This document shows, piece by piece, positions 17,831 through 26,240 of a stretch of DNA of 64,000 nucleotides. Origin of the DNA: Candidatus Daviesbacteria bacterium GW2011_GWA1_41_61 (GTDB taxonomy: Bacteria > Patescibacteriota > Microgenomatia > Daviesbacterales > UBA10151); NCBI GenBank assembly GCA_000997385.1, contig LCBT01000004.1, positions 8,002 to 72,001 of the forward strand, in the 5' to 3' direction. The notes below the pieces were generated by a model. The model saw only the letters and a program-made list of their open reading frames with translations. It ran no database searches and was not told the DNA's origin. Made by a program: the position numbers and the translations under genes. Within the stretch, counting starts at the first letter, position 1. The number at the start of each line of letters is the position of its first letter.

Positions 17831-20194
17831 TTGCCCATGAACTTTTTTGAAAATATCGCTGCCCAACTACCTTTTGGCAAGAAATCCGACCCAGCGGAGT
17901 ATTTCTTTGTCCTCAATATTGGTTTGTCGGAAGTTACAGCTGCTGTTTGGGCTATCTACGGACAGGAAATCGAGATTCTTAGCCAGGCCACTTTAACCTA
18001 TGAGGGAACAGATGATTTGTTGGAAAAAGGCTACCAGGTTTTAGATAAGTCATTGGGAGCTTTGGAAATTGAGCCACAAAAGGTGCTTTTCGGAGTTCCC
18101 GAAACCTGGAGCTTAGATGACGATCTGAAAGAACCTTATTTAAAACTTCTGAGGAAGATGCTTAAGAAATTTGGCCTTCAGCCTTTGGCTTATGTGACTA
18201 CTACCAACGCCCTCTCTTTCTTCTTACAAAGGCAAGAAGGAGCTCCTCAAACAGCTATCCTTATCGGGATTGGTGATTTTTTAGAAGTTACTTTGACCAA
18301 AGGCGGGAAGATGCTGGAAAGTCGAGCCGCCAAACGCTCGGGGTCTTTGTTTGAAGACATTGAAAAAATCCTTAGCCAGTTTACGGAAGTAGAGGTTTTG
18401 CCTTCAAAAATCCTTCTCTATCCCACTAACAAAGAAGAAGATTTGGCCAAAGTTAAAGATGATCTGATGTCTTTCCCCTGGATGCAAAGGCTTTCCTTCT
18501 TACACTTTCCCAAAATAGATCTTTTAAATGAAGATATTGCTCTTTCCTCAGTAGTGTTGTCAGCTGCTTGCGAGATGAATCCTCATATCAACTTTAAACA
18601 TCACTTTGTTTTATCAGCTTCTCCTTCCCCCTTACCTTCCCGCAGCCATAGTTTAAAACCGCCGGAGGAAGAATTGGGGTTTGTGGAAGGGGATATTAAG
18701 GAGCATTTGGGAAAAATCAAAGGAGATGAAAGTAAGTCCCAAAAGCCTTTAGAAAGTGAAGAGATGAGTGATCAAAAAGCGGGGTTTACCTCCCAATTAG
18801 TTTCTCCGGATTTGCCCGAAAGCGCCTATGAATCGGGACCAGAAGAGGAAGAATTGTTAGCTGATTCTGAAGACTTTGAATATTCCCGGCCTTTAACTGG
18901 ACGGTCTCATCATTCTGCTCCTGATTCATCCAAGTCTTTTGGTACTCAGTCCAGCTTTTCTTTACCGGCCGCTTTAGGGAAAGCCACCTCTTTGATGACT
19001 GCCCTAAAACCCAAAGAAGGAGTATCGGCAATATCCGGAAGATTACTAACAACCAAGCTGTTAATCCCGCCGGTTGTTTTGCTGCTTTTGGCCGGAGCTT
19101 ACCTTTTCTTCTCTCGCGCTGAGGTGGCCATTTTTGTAGAGCCAAAAGTATTAGAAAACAGCGCTGAGATTGTGGCTGATCCTAAAGCCACAGAGGTTAA
19201 TGAAGAAAAAAGGATTATTCCCGGTGTGATTATTGAAACTACCTTAAGCGGAACTGGTAAGGCTGTAGCTACGGGTAAAAAACAGATCGGCGATCCGGCT
19301 CGCGGCAAGGCTATAATTTACAATTTAACAGCTTCCAAAATTTCACTTTCCCAAGGGACAGTTTTAACCTCTTTCGAGGGCTTAAAGTTTGCTGTAGATT
19401 CTTCAGTGCAAATTGCTTCTCAATCATCTTCTGTTGGAGCAGACTTTACCACTGTTATTAAACCGGGAAAATCAGAGGCAGTGGGCGTTACCGCTAAAGC
19501 CATTGGCCCGGAAGGAAATTTGCCGGGAGGAACAGATCTTTTAGTGACGGGATATCAAAAGTCTCAGGTTGTTGCCCGGATAGAGGAGGCGTTGTCCGGA
19601 GGAACCTCCAAAGAAGTAACTGTTGTTACCTCCGATGACCAGAAGAAACTTCAGGCCAAAGTGTTGGATGACCTTCGCCAAAAAGCTCAGGAGGAGCTTA
19701 AGACTAAACAATCAGGGGATCAGAAGGTTATCGCTGAGGCTTTAAGTGTGGTCGAAGGCAAATATAAGTTTAATAAACAAATTGGGGATCAATCTAGTGA
19801 GTTTTCTCTAAATGCCACAGTTCATTTTAAGGGGATTGCTTACTCAGATACTGATCTTAAGACTGTGGTTTCTAAGTTAGTCCAAACCAATATTCCGGAA
19901 GGTTTTGGTTTAAGCCCGGCAGATATGGAAACTCAAGCTGACGTTTTTAAGGTAGATAAAGATGGAGGGCTTGTTTTTAAGGCTAAGTTTAAAGCAAAGC
20001 TTATGCCAAAATATAATCTGGAGGAGTTAAAAGCTAAGATAAAAGGAAAAACTGTTGAGGAAGTAGCAGCTCAAATTAAAGAGCTGGAAAGTGCTATTGG
20101 TTCGGAAATCAAGCTTAGCCCGAGCTTGCCTGCTCCGCTGGGCAGACTGCCCTTTGTGGAAAAAAATATCGCCATCTCCGTCTCTCCAAAATAG
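17831..20194 (+). CDS. FtsA/PilM-like actin-fold domain fused to disordered linker, one TM helix and a large extracytoplasmic domain
   Basis: N-terminal VLNIGLSEVTAAVWAIYG (phosphate-1-like) and ILIGIGDFLEVTL (phosphate-2-like) as in FtsA/PilM; Ser/Pro/Glu-rich linker; TM LLIPPVVLLLLAGAYLFF; about 350-aa C-terminal domain of unknown fold. Confidence 0.5.
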   Translation: MPMNFFENIAAQLPFGKKSDPAEYFFVLNIGLSEVTAAVWAIYGQEIEILSQATLTYEGTDDLLEKGYQVLDKSLGALEIEPQKVLFGVPETWSLDDDLKEPYLKLLRKMLKKFGLQPLAYVTTTNALSFFLQRQEGAPQTAILIGIGDFLEVTLTKGGKMLESRAAKRSGSLFEDIEKILSQFTEVEVLPSKILLYPTNKEEDLAKVKDDLMSFPWMQRLSFLHFPKIDLLNEDIALSSVVLSAACEMNPHINFKHHFVLSASPSPLPSRSHSLKPPEEELGFVEGDIKEHLGKIKGDESKSQKPLESEEMSDQKAGFTSQLVSPDLPESAYESGPEEEELLADSEDFEYSRPLTGRSHHSAPDSSKSFGTQSSFSLPAALGKATSLMTALKPKEGVSAISGRLLTTKLLIPPVVLLLLAGAYLFFSRAEVAIFVEPKVLENSAEIVADPKATEVNEEKRIIPGVIIETTLSGTGKAVATGKKQIGDPARGKAIIYNLTASKISLSQGTVLTSFEGLKFAVDSSVQIASQSSSVGADFTTVIKPGKSEAVGVTAKAIGPEGNLPGGTDLLVTGYQKSQVVARIEEALSGGTSKEVTVVTSDDQKKLQAKVLDDLRQKAQEELKTKQSGDQKVIAEALSVVEGKYKFNKQIGDQSSEFSLNATVHFKGIAYSDTDLKTVVSKLVQTNIPEGFGLSPADMETQADVFKVDKDGGLVFKAKFKAKLMPKYNLEELKAKIKGKTVEEVAAQIKELESAIGSEIKLSPSLPAPLGRLPFVEKNIAISVSPK

Positions 20195-20225
20195 TTTATG
20201 GTACACTACTTAAAACTTATAGAGT

Positions 20226-20606
20226 ATGAAATACTTAGGCGTTGATTGGGGCTTAAAAAGGGTTGGGTTGGCTATTTCCGAAGGGAAAATCGCTTCTCCT
20301 TTGGCTGTACTGAGTGTTAACAGTTTGCAGGATGGCTTAGACAAGCTAATCTCTTTTATCAAGAGGGAAGAAATTGATATAGTAGTCATCGGTAAACCTG
20401 AAGGGGAGTCAGGGAAAAGAGTTGAAGCGGTGGTCAAAAAACTAAAGAAAGTTGGGTTGAAGGTAATCGAAGCTGATGAAACCCTCTCTACCCAAGAAGC
20501 GAAAAAATTTCTGCTTCGGATAGGAGTAAGCCGAAAATCACGGCGACTGGATGACGCCTGGGCGGCAACCATTATTTTACAGAGGTTTTTAGATGAACAA
20601 CCTTAA
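20226..20606 (+). CDS. ruvX: Holliday junction resolvase-like YqgF/RuvX
   Basis: MKYLGVDWGLKRVGLAISEG... RNase H-like YqgF signature, 126 aa. Confidence 0.85.
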   Translation: MKYLGVDWGLKRVGLAISEGKIASPLAVLSVNSLQDGLDKLISFIKREEIDIVVIGKPEGESGKRVEAVVKKLKKVGLKVIEADETLSTQEAKKFLLRIGVSRKSRRLDDAWAATIILQRFLDEQP

Positions 20607-21600
20607 TCCAAGTTATCAAATAAAACATCGACAAAGGTGGCTTCTTTTAATTTTGTTTTTAGTGGTTATCTTGGCGGGGTTGAAATTTTATATAGATTAC
20701 TTGCTTTCCCCGGTGGATGCTCAAAAAACCACCTTACAAACTTTTGTCGTCGAGAGTGGAGAATCTACTTTAGGAGTAGCCCAAAGGTTAGAAAAGGAGG
20801 GTTTGATTAAATCAGCTAACGTTTTTGCTATTTTAGCCAGAAGCAGGAAAAGCCAAGGGCAAATTCAAGCCGGCGAGGTTGAGCTCTCTCCATCCTTAAA
20901 CGCTTCAGAGACTTTAAAAAAATTAATGCTGGGAGTATCTGACAAACGGACCACTTTAGTGGAAGGATGGAGAGTAGAAGAGATGGCCCAAGAACTAAAT
21001 TCCAAATTAAAAATTGAAAAGTCGGATTTTTTGGCGGTAGCGAAAGAGGGCTATATGTTCCCGGACACTTATTATTTTAGTCCCAAGGCTTCAGCTTCTG
21101 ATGTGGCTGATGTGATGAAAGATAATTTTAACCAAAAATATGATGAGAAGCTCCAAGCCAAAATTAAAAAATTAGGTCTAAGTGTAGATGAGGGAGTAAT
21201 TTTGGCTTCAATTGTGGAAAGAGAGGCTCGTTCAGAGGAGGATAGAAAGATGGTAGCCAGTATTTTACTCAAAAGGTTTAATATCGGCATGCCCTTGAAT
21301 GCTGATGCCACAGTGCAATATGCTTTAGTCCCCCAGGGAGCCAAAAGCCCGCCTGCCGGGGGATGGTGGAAAAGATATTTAACTAGAGATGATTTAAAAA
21401 TAGAGTCTGCCTTTAATACCTATCTTTATCCGGGCTTCCCGCCTGCTCCTATTGCCAATCCCGGGTTTTCTTCTATTCAAGCCGTGGCTGAGGCTAACAC
21501 GGCTACCCCTTACTTATATTACTATCATGATCCTCAAGGCCGGTCTTATTATGCTAAAACTTTGGAAGAACATAATGAGAATGTGGTCCGCTACCATTAG
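20593..21600 (+). CDS. mltG: endolytic murein transglycosylase MltG (YceG-like)
   Basis: N-terminal TM, YceG core, C-terminal YLYYYHD...AKTLEEHNENVVRY typical of MltG. Confidence 0.8.
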   Translation: MNNLNPSYQIKHRQRWLLLILFLVVILAGLKFYIDYLLSPVDAQKTTLQTFVVESGESTLGVAQRLEKEGLIKSANVFAILARSRKSQGQIQAGEVELSPSLNASETLKKLMLGVSDKRTTLVEGWRVEEMAQELNSKLKIEKSDFLAVAKEGYMFPDTYYFSPKASASDVADVMKDNFNQKYDEKLQAKIKKLGLSVDEGVILASIVEREARSEEDRKMVASILLKRFNIGMPLNADATVQYALVPQGAKSPPAGGWWKRYLTRDDLKIESAFNTYLYPGFPPAPIANPGFSSIQAVAEANTATPYLYYYHDPQGRSYYAKTLEEHNENVVRYH

Positions 21601-21691
21601 GGGTTGTAAGTTATACCAGGATCCAGGATAGATGATCACTTGATTGACACCAATCCCTCTTTGTGAGTTAATAAAAGTAGTGTCAAAGAAG

Positions 21692-24600
21692 ATGAATCCG
21701 TCTGAAACAAAACTAAATTCTATCCTCAGTAAACTCTCCTCCCAGCAAAATAAAAAGAGAAAGGTTGCTATTTTAATCTTCTTCCTTAGCTTAATTTCCT
21801 TTCTATCAATAACCACCTTTTCTCCCTTTAAAGATAAACTCTTTTCTTCTCTTTATCCCAAACGTTTTTCCTTTGCTGCTGGAAATACTTATTATGTTGC
21901 TACCATTGGTTCTGACTCAAATACCGGAACCATTGATCAACCCTGGCGTACTGTAAAGTATTCTTTGTCTAAACTTCAACCCGGTGATACCCTTTATCTT
22001 AGAGGTGGTACTTACTATAATGAAGGCGGTACTACCATCAGTTTGAAAGGTGCATCCACCAGTTGGATTATCTTACAATCCTACCCCGGAGAAAGGGCAA
22101 TCATTGACGGAGGCGTACCTGATTTTAGCAATGCTCCCAATAATGCCTGGGAACTGGTTGATTCCTCAACCGGCCTTTACAGGAGCGTAAGCAGCAATTT
22201 CAGCGGTTCTGATCTTTCCAGTAATGCCACGTTGGGCGGCTGGCTTCTTGATTCCAACACCCAACTTGTTCATTACGGCCATTCTACCAGCGAAAATCCT
22301 GATTCTTTAAACTCCCAGAACTATACTGTCAGTAAATTTAATCCTGTCTACATCGGGCCGGGTGTCCAGCTAAGAGGCGATGGTCATATATACATTCGTT
22401 TAACTCCCAATTCTTATAATCAAATTGCCCAGGATGGAAGCACCCTGCCGCAAATTCCCGCTGATACTAATCCCAACAACAACCGCATTTCGATCTTTAA
22501 TACCAGCACCCTTTATACTCTTAGCGGTGCCAGTTATCTGGCATTTAAAAATATTGATTTTGTTCACGCCGTTAAACTCTTTGATCTTCAAAACAGCACG
22601 AATCACATTCTTTTTGACCAAGATAAATTTAAATTTGGTTCATACGGCATCAACACCGAACCTACCTCGGGAACTTCTGATATTGAGGTAGCTTCCAGCG
22701 AATTTACGAACGGAGTACCTGACTGGTTGCGCTGGACCGACACTAAAAATATCGCTTATGATAGCTCTCCCGCTTATCCTGAGTTCCAATCAGTAGCCAT
22801 AGACGGCACTCCTTCGAATTTCTACATACACGACAATTATATGTACCGCCTCTTTGATGGTCTTCACTTTAAGGATGGGACGGCAAACACACAGTTTATC
22901 AACAACGTAATCGCTTTAAGCCACGATGATGCGTTTGAAATTAATCCTACGGTGCAAAATGTGGAGATTGCTCATAACATAATGCGCCATGTCCATAACG
23001 GTTTTGGCGTCAACCGCAGCAGCAGCTGTACCGGAGTGGGGGTTATCAATATGCACCATAATGTTATGGATACCTCAATGCCACAGCGCCAAGGCAGGGA
23101 AGGCAACTCCCGAATTTCTCAATATCCTCTCTGGTCACCCTATTCTCCTTTTGCCTCACACGGCAGCGGCTGTGATACCTACAAACTACGTTTTTACAAC
23201 AACACAATTGTGGGACGAAGGGCGACCAGCAGTTCTGATTCCTTAGGACCGAGAAACATGACCGCCTCCACAGACCTTTATGTCTACAACAATCTCTGGT
23301 ATGCCATCAATAATGTGAGCGCACTTTCTAACCATCAGGAAAGCTCTGGCGCTCACTATGACGGTGAAGCTTTCTGGCAGTCTAACCCTTCCGGTCAATC
23401 TTTACTTTTAAATTTCGGAAATGGCAGCAGTTTCACTTCTCTTTCCAGCTACACTTCAACAATCGGAACTACCTGGTTAAAATCAGGTATTCAAACCGAC
23501 CCGGGATTTTCTCTTTCTGCTATTGATTCTAATAACTATGACCCTGCGACAGTATGGAGCATTTATCAACCAACAAACCCTGCATTTTTTACTACCGAAG
23601 TTGACACCACAGGTCTGGGTTGGCCTGAGGCAGATGGCATTACTTACCGGGGGGCAGTTGGATTAAATTCTACACCCGCTGCAATAAACACCCCTTCTCC
23701 TACTCCTATTATTTCTACACCTACTCCTACTTCCCAACCCACTGCTACTCCTACCCCCACTCCTACTCCCAAACCTACTACTACACCCATTCCTATCTCT
23801 ACTCCCACGCCAACCTCATCTCCTTCAGATGCAGTAACCTTTAATCCTGTAGCCGACAGTTTCGTCGAGGCCTCCTATCCTGATAAAAACAATGGCAGTA
23901 GCAGTGCCTTGGGGGTTGATGGAAGTCCTATTGAAATAAGCTATCTCAACTTTGATTTTGGATCTTTAGCAGGTAAAACTGTTACTTCGGCAAAACTTCG
24001 TATATATTTAACAAATTTCTCCACAGGAACCCAAAATATTAAGTCAGTTACAAATACCAGTTGGAGTGAATCCAGCTTAACTTACAACAATAAGCCAACA
24101 ACCGGGACGACAATAGCTTCATTTGCCGGTAACAGTTCCAGTACCTGGAAAGAGGTTGATTTAACTCCATTTCTATCTGATAAAGCAGGACAAACCTTTT
24201 CCTTAGCAGTTGAACAGTCAGCTACAGATGGAATTGATTTCTCGTCTCGGGAAGCAATGAACAAACCTCAAATTGTAGTAACTTTAGCTGGCGGGATTAC
24301 AGGAAATACCTCTTCTCTGTTACCTACAGCTGATGCCGAAGTTGAGAAAAACTATCCTGATAAAAACTATGGCAGTTCAACTGCTTTAGAGGTAGATAAC
24401 AGCCCGGTAGAGATAAGTTATCTTAAATTTAATTTAACTCCTTTTGCAGGAAAAGAGATTGTTTCTGCTAAATTAAAACTAAGAGTCAGGAATTCTTCCA
24501 GCGGCATACAATATGTCAGACTTGTTGAAGATACAATTTGGAGTGAATCCAGCTTAACCTACAATAACAGGCCGCAAGCTTCAACTACAATCACCCAGTT

Positions 24601-24778
24601 AAATGGAGGAAAAAGTAGCACCTGGATTGAGATTGATGTAACTTCTGCAGTTTTGACAAAGCTTGGAGGATATCTCTCCCTCCTGGTTGATTCAACCTCA
24701 AGTGATGGTTTTGGTTTTTATTCAAAAGAAGCTTCAACATCAACATATAGACCGACATTAATTATTACAAATAAGTGA
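21692..24778 (+). CDS. secreted/surface right-handed beta-helix (pectate-lyase-fold) protein with Pro/Thr linker and two C-terminal carbohydrate-binding-like (DNRLRE-type) repeats
   Basis: Signal anchor; GNTYYVATIGSDSNTGTIDQPWRTVKYSLSKLQPGDTLYLRGGTY N-cap typical of beta-helix proteins; PT-rich linker (TPTPTSQPTATPTPTPTPKPTT); two about 150-aa repeats sharing YPDKN.GSS.AL.VD.SP.EISYL.F....AGK...SAKL......W.ESSLTYNN.P. Confidence 0.6.
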   Translation: MNPSETKLNSILSKLSSQQNKKRKVAILIFFLSLISFLSITTFSPFKDKLFSSLYPKRFSFAAGNTYYVATIGSDSNTGTIDQPWRTVKYSLSKLQPGDTLYLRGGTYYNEGGTTISLKGASTSWIILQSYPGERAIIDGGVPDFSNAPNNAWELVDSSTGLYRSVSSNFSGSDLSSNATLGGWLLDSNTQLVHYGHSTSENPDSLNSQNYTVSKFNPVYIGPGVQLRGDGHIYIRLTPNSYNQIAQDGSTLPQIPADTNPNNNRISIFNTSTLYTLSGASYLAFKNIDFVHAVKLFDLQNSTNHILFDQDKFKFGSYGINTEPTSGTSDIEVASSEFTNGVPDWLRWTDTKNIAYDSSPAYPEFQSVAIDGTPSNFYIHDNYMYRLFDGLHFKDGTANTQFINNVIALSHDDAFEINPTVQNVEIAHNIMRHVHNGFGVNRSSSCTGVGVINMHHNVMDTSMPQRQGREGNSRISQYPLWSPYSPFASHGSGCDTYKLRFYNNTIVGRRATSSSDSLGPRNMTASTDLYVYNNLWYAINNVSALSNHQESSGAHYDGEAFWQSNPSGQSLLLNFGNGSSFTSLSSYTSTIGTTWLKSGIQTDPGFSLSAIDSNNYDPATVWSIYQPTNPAFFTTEVDTTGLGWPEADGITYRGAVGLNSTPAAINTPSPTPIISTPTPTSQPTATPTPTPTPKPTTTPIPISTPTPTSSPSDAVTFNPVADSFVEASYPDKNNGSSSALGVDGSPIEISYLNFDFGSLAGKTVTSAKLRIYLTNFSTGTQNIKSVTNTSWSESSLTYNNKPTTGTTIASFAGNSSSTWKEVDLTPFLSDKAGQTFSLAVEQSATDGIDFSSREAMNKPQIVVTLAGGITGNTSSLLPTADAEVEKNYPDKNYGSSTALEVDNSPVEISYLKFNLTPFAGKEIVSAKLKLRVRNSSSGIQYVRLVEDTIWSESSLTYNNRPQASTTITQLNGGKSSTWIEIDVTSAVLTKLGGYLSLLVDSTSSDGFGFYSKEASTSTYRPTLIITNK

Positions 24779-25206
24779 TTAAGATGAGAAGAAAATTAAA
24801 AAACCAAGGATTTTCAGCCATAATTCTACTTGTGCTTATCGCTGCAATAAGCATTTTGCTGATTTATTTTTACTATTTTAAGAGTAGCGGAAAGATAGAA
24901 GAATGGGTTAAAAAATACACACCTCAAACTAGTAAGAGCGAACAAACTGTTGTTGAAACTAATGTCAAAATTACCAAAGAGGGTTTTGTCCCCCAAATAA
25001 TTAAGGTCAAAATAGGAACAGAAGTAACTTGGATAAATGAAGACAAAAATTCCCACCAAGTAATTTCTGATTTAGAAGGTCTTGATAGTGATGAACCTCT
25101 GCTTGCTAACGATTCATTCAGTTTTAAATTTGAAAAAACAGGCACCTTTTCTTATTATGATGATTTAAATCCTCAAAAATTCAAAGGAACAGTAGTTGTG
25201 GAGTGA
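24775..25206 (+). CDS. membrane-anchored cupredoxin-like fold protein without copper ligands
   Basis: N-terminal hydrophobic anchor; EGFVPQIIKVKIGTEVTWINEDKNSHQV pattern of cupredoxin-like domains; no Cys in domain. Confidence 0.45.
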   Translation: MIKMRRKLKNQGFSAIILLVLIAAISILLIYFYYFKSSGKIEEWVKKYTPQTSKSEQTVVETNVKITKEGFVPQIIKVKIGTEVTWINEDKNSHQVISDLEGLDSDEPLLANDSFSFKFEKTGTFSYYDDLNPQKFKGTVVVE

Positions 25207-25288
25207 AAAACCACTACTAAAGTTTTTTATACAGCTACCCTAATTTAGTGCCTTGACAGGTAGTTAAAAATATTTTAATTTAATATTA

Positions 25289-26017
25289 ATGAATAAAACT
25301 GCTCAAGCAGGAATAGTTTCCCCCTTGCTGCTTTTGGCTTTGGCTGCTATGGGAGTATTATCTTTTATTTTAGTCACTCAATTTGCTCCCTTCCAAAAAA
25401 CTGAAGTGGCCCAGCTTTATCCAAAGGAGGAACCCCAGGCTCAAATAAAAACTACAGGAAGTGGAGCCCCATCAGGGACTCATTATAATTTAAATATTAT
25501 TGGGGCACCCAAAGGAAAAACAGCTTCCTTGACTGAAAGCAGCGGCCATCGGATCTTTGTCCCCCTAACAGGAAGCTGTAAGATTAAGTTATCCATGGGA
25601 GATTTTGCAGTCCTGGATGGTAATTGCACTGATGGACCGGCATCTTTCCAACTGCCAAGTCCTGATCCGGATAATGATGGGATAACCACCTATTCAGTCT
25701 GGGTAAGAGCTTTAGGTAAACCGGGTGGCAAATCCACCATGACACCCTGCGCTACTTATATTGATCCCACTACAGGTGTAGCAGAGGAGTGGTGTTCTAC
25801 CTCTCAGTTGGTCTCAGTCAGAACTTCCGGCAAACAATCCTTTAGTGATGTTTCTAAGCTGTTGCTTTATGTCTATGTTGATCTGGATGGAGATGGGACT
25901 ATTGAAAGATATCCACTCTTTGATCCAACCCTGCAGGATTATTTCTGGAGCTATGATAATCAGGGTCTGAAGCTTCTACAGATGAGATTTTATCCCATCC
26001 CCTCCAACGTTAACTAA
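25289..26017 (+). CDS. secreted hypothetical protein (signal peptide, 4 Cys)
   Basis: TTGACA promoter 25249; N-terminal signal peptide LLLLALAAMGVLSFILV; no family recognised. Confidence 0.5.
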   Translation: MNKTAQAGIVSPLLLLALAAMGVLSFILVTQFAPFQKTEVAQLYPKEEPQAQIKTTGSGAPSGTHYNLNIIGAPKGKTASLTESSGHRIFVPLTGSCKIKLSMGDFAVLDGNCTDGPASFQLPSPDPDNDGITTYSVWVRALGKPGGKSTMTPCATYIDPTTGVAEEWCSTSQLVSVRTSGKQSFSDVSKLLLYVYVDLDGDGTIERYPLFDPTLQDYFWSYDNQGLKLLQMRFYPIPSNVN

Positions 26018-26171
26018 ACTGTCAGCTTTAAAATATTTACAATTAAGGACTGATTGTTTTGTGGTATAATTAATGCAGCCAAAAACTGAGGAGAGAGTTT
26101 TTGAAGGGTGCCTCTTGACAGGCTGTTTTTGTTGTGGTTAAATTATCCACAGCTTAATAACCTAAATATTG

Positions 26172-26200
26172 GCATACAGGGTTGTATGCTTTATTTTGTT
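26172..26200 (+). terminator. rho-independent terminator/attenuator hairpin in rpoB leader
   Basis: gcataca-gggt-tgtatgc followed by tttattttgtt, about 40 nt upstream of rpoB ATG and downstream of extended -10 elements tgtggtataat (26060s) and TTGACA (26117). Confidence 0.4.
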
Positions 26201-26240
26201 GTGTCCATAGATTTAGGGGCTTTGGGGGAACCATCTACTA

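Noticed and set aside
23690-24780. Repetitive DNA in the beta-helix gene (PT linker, two 450-bp modules) as a possible CRISPR or mobile repeat
   Set aside because: Repeats are in-frame coding modules with divergent spacing and no short identical repeats or spacers; not a CRISPR array
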